DNA of 64,000 nt from Agarilytica sp. (lineage in GTDB: Bacteria; Pseudomonadota; Gammaproteobacteria; Pseudomonadales; Cellvibrionaceae). This document shows positions 59,889-64,000 of the stretch, in pieces. The stretch covers positions 463,408 through 527,407 of the forward strand of contig JAWSUY010000001.1 in assembly GCA_033852175.1 (NCBI GenBank), written 5' to 3'. The translations under genes and the position numbers were made by a program. A model generated the notes under the pieces. That model had not been told where the DNA came from and did not search any database. It worked only from the letters and a program-made list of their open reading frames with translations. How positions within the stretch are numbered: position 1 is the stretch's first letter; the number at the start of each line of letters is the position of its first letter.

Positions 59889-60269
59889 ATGCATATCCGG
59901 TGCTTTATCGTTTTTTTCATAGCTCTATTAGGAAGTGCTGCTAGCTGCTCACGCGAGCAGCACTCAAAAACGAGTACTCATCAGAGAGAAGCAAATGAAT
60001 TTTGTTATGCCCATTCGATTGATTACTGGGAAGAAACTGGAAAAATAGCACTCATAGAAGCAGCCAGAGCGACGGAGAAGCAGAATATTTTTATTTCCGA
60101 ATTTCGGTCAAAAATCACAAGTAAAGACATGAAAGCCATAGTGTATGATCAGACTAAAGATATGCCAGCGGCCGATTTCTACCAATATCTGAAAGAACAT
60201 ATTCCGTCACTAACAAAACAACCATTTGAATGCGAGGCAATTGCAGAATTCTATATTGCATACCCATAG
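59889..60269 (+). CDS. Secreted hypothetical protein
   Basis: Signal peptide MHIRCFIVFFIALLGSAASCS. Confidence 0.4.
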   Translation: MHIRCFIVFFIALLGSAASCSREQHSKTSTHQREANEFCYAHSIDYWEETGKIALIEAARATEKQNIFISEFRSKITSKDMKAIVYDQTKDMPAADFYQYLKEHIPSLTKQPFECEAIAEFYIAYP

Positions 60270-60464
60270 TCAGACTGAGCAAATAAAATAAGTCGGTGAA
60301 AACTAGCCAGTGCCCATACATAAACTTGTAAATCATTGATATACAGGCTTGTGAATGAGCACTAGCTATACCAGTCTCTCAACCTAAAAGCGTCAAATAA
60401 CCCTACAGCATATAAACACTTTACCAGCGTAAATACTGAAAATCAGCTGTGTCCTTTACCGCCG

Positions 60465-61397
60465 TCAATCCTCTACCATATCAAACATCGTCTTTAACCA
60501 ACGAACATCCTCAGCACCAAGCTTTGCTTTTCCATGTAGAGACGCGTCTTCATAAGCTTCTTTATACACATGGCAAATTGCCTTCTCTGTTAATTCTCGC
60601 CATCGGTCATTTGATAGCTCTGGAATACTGCCTGTTGCTAGGTTTGGATCAGTCAAGGGGTCGTGCTGTTCTACCGTAGTATTGAGAGCAAAATCCAATT
60701 CCTGCAGTATTGGATTAATGACTCGCAAGGTTTCAGCGTCTTCAAATTGCTTCGCAACGTTTTCCTCCGCTATGCGAATGTCCTTTTTTAATTTAATTTC
60801 GCTAATTTTCTCGCCGCTAGGTCGCAAACCATACTTGCTCAACAACCCTGACACGCCAGGAACCACCGCCTTAATCGCAATGCCCGCGCCGAGTATGGGA
60901 TTAAATATGGCCGCCGCTCCTCCAACCAATAACATTCCGTATGTTAGCTTCCGATCTAACGAATCGATAGAATCCGCTAACGAGACCAGCGCGTTCGTTT
61001 TCGCCTTGTGATTCTCCTCGACAAGTTCTCTGGCGCTTTCTTGCATGTAGGATTTCAGTTCAAACTCAGCATGTTCGTTCGCAAAGTGAAAAATTCTTTT
61101 CTTAGGCAGATCATTGATTTCAGGAACTGATTTCGGCAGGCATCGCATCGTGTGCAATGCAAAGTTATATTCCGATAGATAAAAGGGAATAACGAAGTAA
61201 TGCTTTTCATCAAACTGTTGATCAACATAATTGTTTGATGCTTCTTGAGAAACAAAAACTGGCAACCCATTAACCATCTCCGTAACAAGAGAAACCTTTG
61301 AAGACACCTCACTTATCGCTTTCTCGGCTACGGAGTTCACCGAACGCATTCCCTTTTCTATTAATTTTTTCATATTCGAACTCGGATTGTTAAGCAT
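60465..61397 (-). CDS. Hypothetical protein with central Gly-rich TM hairpin
   Basis: 310-aa ORF; LTYGMLLVGGAAAIFNPILGAGIAIKAVVPGVSGLL hydrophobic segment; alternative start at 61373. Confidence 0.4.
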   Translation of the reverse strand: MLNNPSSNMKKLIEKGMRSVNSVAEKAISEVSSKVSLVTEMVNGLPVFVSQEASNNYVDQQFDEKHYFVIPFYLSEYNFALHTMRCLPKSVPEINDLPKKRIFHFANEHAEFELKSYMQESARELVEENHKAKTNALVSLADSIDSLDRKLTYGMLLVGGAAAIFNPILGAGIAIKAVVPGVSGLLSKYGLRPSGEKISEIKLKKDIRIAEENVAKQFEDAETLRVINPILQELDFALNTTVEQHDPLTDPNLATGSIPELSNDRWRELTEKAICHVYKEAYEDASLHGKAKLGAEDVRWLKTMFDMVED

Positions 61398-61481
61398 CTA
61401 TAGTCGTGTTTTTATTTCATGCATTGAGTTCATACATACACTTCCGTATGTCCACAAATGGATTAATCACTTCCCAAATAT

Positions 61482-62039
61482 TTAGCCTGGCGATGCATAA
61501 CTATTTTTAAAATCAAAGACTTCTTCTGAAGCCCCATTCTTGGCATATAAAAACATTTTCTCTGACGCTAATTTTTCAGTAATCGTTTCACCTGCTTTCA
61601 CCCAAAACATGACATATTTTGGGTGAGGGTGCTCGGTAAACCATTGCTTACGATCTTTCATTGCAGTCGCATGCATGCCCGTATAAACGAACTCTTTAAG
61701 ATCAGTAATGCCTTTCCAGCCAGAAGCATTTAAAACGTGCGGATTTGCAAAAACACTAAACCGATCCGGCATATCGATATTTCTGGTAAAACCCGAGTAG
61801 GTTCTCGCGAGTTCATTAATGGGGGCTTCAAGCGCCCAAAATGATTGCATTTCTTTGCTATCAAGTGGGTACTTTGCTAATGACAAGTTGATATGTATTA
61901 ATTCGTGCTTCATTGGGTAATCCGTTCCGAACATTTCGAACCCTGATCGTATAATAATTGAAGCGATAGATCGATAGTTTTGTACAGTAGCCGTCGAATG
62001 ACAATGAGCCCCAATAGTAATGAGACCCAGTAGTTTCAA
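61482..62039 (-). CDS. Hypothetical protein
   Basis: 185-aa ORF; no recognised domain; start uncertain. Confidence 0.35.
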   Translation of the reverse strand: MKLLGLITIGAHCHSTATVQNYRSIASIIIRSGFEMFGTDYPMKHELIHINLSLAKYPLDSKEMQSFWALEAPINELARTYSGFTRNIDMPDRFSVFANPHVLNASGWKGITDLKEFVYTGMHATAMKDRKQWFTEHPHPKYVMFWVKAGETITEKLASEKMFLYAKNGASEEVFDFKNSYASPG

Positions 62040-62198
62040 CGATACCCAACTTATCGGCCGGTGGCCCTACCTCTTAGTTTTTCACAATAATATTTCCCCT
62101 AGAAAGTACTCTTTTAACAAGTAGCAAGAATCGGGTCGAAGCCAGAATATTAGGTCTCTATAGTCGTTGGATCACACGAACTTAACAGAGATTTAACG

Positions 62199-62960
62199 AT
62201 GAAAAGACTCATGAATAAGACCGCCATTGTCACAGGCGCTAGTTCAGACATTGGCCGTGCTACAGCAAAGCTGTTTGCTGAAGAAGGTGCAAATATAGTC
62301 GTGGCAGCACGGCGACAAGAGGAGCTAGACACACTTATCCAAGAAATTACACAGGCAGGCGGAAAGGCCATTGCCTTAGCCGGGGATGTTACAGAAGAAG
62401 ACTATGCAAAGGCTCTAGTCGATCTCGCGCTATGCGAGTACGGCAACCTTGATATTGGCTTCAATAATGCCGGCACTTTAGGCGCTTCTGGCGCAACACC
62501 GGATATAACACTTAAAGCCTGGAACAGTACGCTTAACACCAACTTAACCGGTGCTTTCCTGGGCGCCAAATACCAGATACCCGCCATGCTGCAATCTGGG
62601 GGTTCTCTTATCTTCACCTCATCGTTTATTGGCTACACGGCTGGCATACCGCAAAAGGCTGCATATGCGGCAAGCAAAGCCGGGGTTATTGGTTTAGCGA
62701 AAGCCCTGGCCGGGGAATACGGCACAAATTCAATTCGCGTAAATGCCTTGCTGCCGGGCGGAACCGATACCCCGATGGCGGAAGAATTTGGTACATCGCC
62801 CGAAGTGATTGAATTCGTCAAACAGATGCATGCGTTAAAGCGTACAGCCGTACCCGAAGAAATTGCGAAATCTGCACTGTACCTTGCATCAGACGATTCT
62901 AGTTTTACTACCGGTACTGCTATGCTAGTTGATGGCGGCGTGTCCATTAGCAAAACCTGA
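62199..62960 (+). CDS. SDR-family oxidoreductase
   Basis: TGASSDIG cofactor motif, NNAG, catalytic YAASKAG (YxxxK). Confidence 0.8.
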   Translation: MKRLMNKTAIVTGASSDIGRATAKLFAEEGANIVVAARRQEELDTLIQEITQAGGKAIALAGDVTEEDYAKALVDLALCEYGNLDIGFNNAGTLGASGATPDITLKAWNSTLNTNLTGAFLGAKYQIPAMLQSGGSLIFTSSFIGYTAGIPQKAAYAASKAGVIGLAKALAGEYGTNSIRVNALLPGGTDTPMAEEFGTSPEVIEFVKQMHALKRTAVPEEIAKSALYLASDDSSFTTGTAMLVDGGVSISKT

Positions 62961-62996
62961 ATCTACGAAAGTTACTATTCACGACACCCAAACGAG

Positions 62997-63851
62997 TTGA
63001 AAATGGCTGAACAAGAACACATCAATTATGGGCGCATTGCCGCTGCAATCGACTATATAAAATTAAATTTCAAAGATCAGCCTTCTTTAGATGACATCGC
63101 TGGAGAAATTGGCATAAGCCCGTTTCACTTTCAGCGATTGTTCATACAATGGGCTGGTGTGAGCCCAAAAAAATTCATGCAATACCTGGGTATTGAGCAC
63201 GCCAAAATTTTACTCAAACAAAATCAATCAACATTGCTAGAGACGGCATATGAAACCGGCCTGTCTGGAACGAGTCGGCTGCACGATTTATTTATCAATA
63301 TAGAAGGCATGACCCCTGGCGAATTTAAAAATGGTGGTGAAAACCTCGTTATTAATTACGGGTTTTCGGAAAGCCCATTCGGCAAGCTGATCGTAGGCTC
63401 TACAGTCAAAGGCATATGCCATATGTTTTTTGAAGAAGATGAGTCACAAGCATTGAACGATCTCAAAACGCGTTTTCCAAATGCTGAATATTATTTTTCT
63501 GTTGATGCACACCAGAAAAATGCGCGCTTTATTTTTCAAAAAGATTGGCAGCAGCTAGACCAAATTAAATTACACTTAAACGGTACAGACTTTCAGTTAA
63601 AGGTATGGGAAACCCTGCTTAAAATTCCATTAGGTAACGTTTCCACTTACGGCACTATCGCTAAAAGTATCATGAAGCCCCAAGCCGCAAGAGCGGTGGG
63701 CACAGCTATTGGCAAAAACCCTGTCGCATTTCTTATTCCGTGTCATCGGGTTATTCAAGCAAGCGGTAATATTGGTGGCTATATGTGGGGGACAACACGT
63801 AAGTCGGCCATTGTGGGCTGGGAAGCGGCGAAAGTAAGCCGTCAACAATGA
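62997..63851 (+). CDS. Ada-like bifunctional protein: AraC-type HTH plus methylated-DNA-protein-cysteine methyltransferase
   Basis: N-terminal AraC HTH (LDDIAGEIGISPFHFQRLFIQWAGVSPKKFMQYL) and C-terminal MGMT domain with active-site IPCHRVI. Confidence 0.8.
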   Translation: MKMAEQEHINYGRIAAAIDYIKLNFKDQPSLDDIAGEIGISPFHFQRLFIQWAGVSPKKFMQYLGIEHAKILLKQNQSTLLETAYETGLSGTSRLHDLFINIEGMTPGEFKNGGENLVINYGFSESPFGKLIVGSTVKGICHMFFEEDESQALNDLKTRFPNAEYYFSVDAHQKNARFIFQKDWQQLDQIKLHLNGTDFQLKVWETLLKIPLGNVSTYGTIAKSIMKPQAARAVGTAIGKNPVAFLIPCHRVIQASGNIGGYMWGTTRKSAIVGWEAAKVSRQQ

Positions 63852-64000
63852 TAGGCCTTATTTAGAATTAACGAGAAGAAGGATGCCGGTAAGAAATATT
63901 CATAAGCCCAATGTATAAAAACGGTTATTAAATTGCTTTTATTACGATCGAACATTCACGACAACACTCAACGGAGTATAGCTAGTGCCCATCCAGAAAT

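Overview
This 64-kb window looks like a gammaproteobacterial chromosome segment of about 45% GC; the gene content (MshQ-like protein, cytochrome c5, DUF349, flotillin/YqiJK, PspA/YjfJ homologs) resembles a marine gammaproteobacterium, though no organism can be assigned from sequence alone. It contains four kinds of region. (1) The truncated 3' end of a sensor-domain signalling gene at 1-1409 and a tRNA-Arg(TCG) at 1693-1769 with a terminator. (2) Immediately downstream of the tRNA, a low-GC island of about 10 kb (roughly 1800-12100) made of 14-16 small same-strand ORFs. These are separated by imperfect-palindrome repeats with the layout of integron attC sites: a ...GCTAAC arm overlapping the stop codon, a GTTAG core about 20 nt before the next RBS/start, and bulged bases between the arms. 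No integron integrase is present in the window, so this is read as a CALIN-like cassette array; its cargo includes a PaaI thioesterase, a TonB-C-like lipoprotein, an O-methyltransferase, a GFA-family protein, and a possible toxin/immunity pair. (3) Ordinary metabolic and housekeeping genes: mtnA and mtnB-like, VOC, LysE, GST, tag, PhyH, AraC/GyrI, SDR, HxlR, cytochrome c5, DUF349, MATE/NorM, hemH, mrcB plus a TPR lipoprotein, SBP, GNAT, DUF885, RlmD-like, GIY-YIG, MshQ-like, CheX-like, mepA, SDR, and an Ada-like AraC/MGMT fusion. (4) A 12-kb same-strand cluster on the minus strand (30581-42739), the most striking feature of the window. In transcription order it contains a YjfI-position protein, a PspA/IM30 (ESCRT-III superfamily, YjfJ-like) protein, a small 2-TM protein, YbjQ (UPF0145), YqiJ/NfeD-like, YqiK/flotillin (SPFH), a Gly-zipper protein, a 1782-aa protein with a MoxR/AAA_5-like ATPase core, a rhomboid protease, a double zinc-ribbon protein and a TerB-like small protein, ending at a terminator. 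Three copies of the palindrome TTACATGTAA lie immediately upstream of the cluster. This looks like an undescribed membrane-stress/remodelling or defence module built around a giant AAA+ protein tightly coupled to flotillin/NfeD and a PspA homolog. Two further small low-GC islets (28.9-30.6 kb and 58.7-62.1 kb) carry only hypothetical or secreted proteins. No CRISPR array, rRNA, transposase or phage structural genes were seen.
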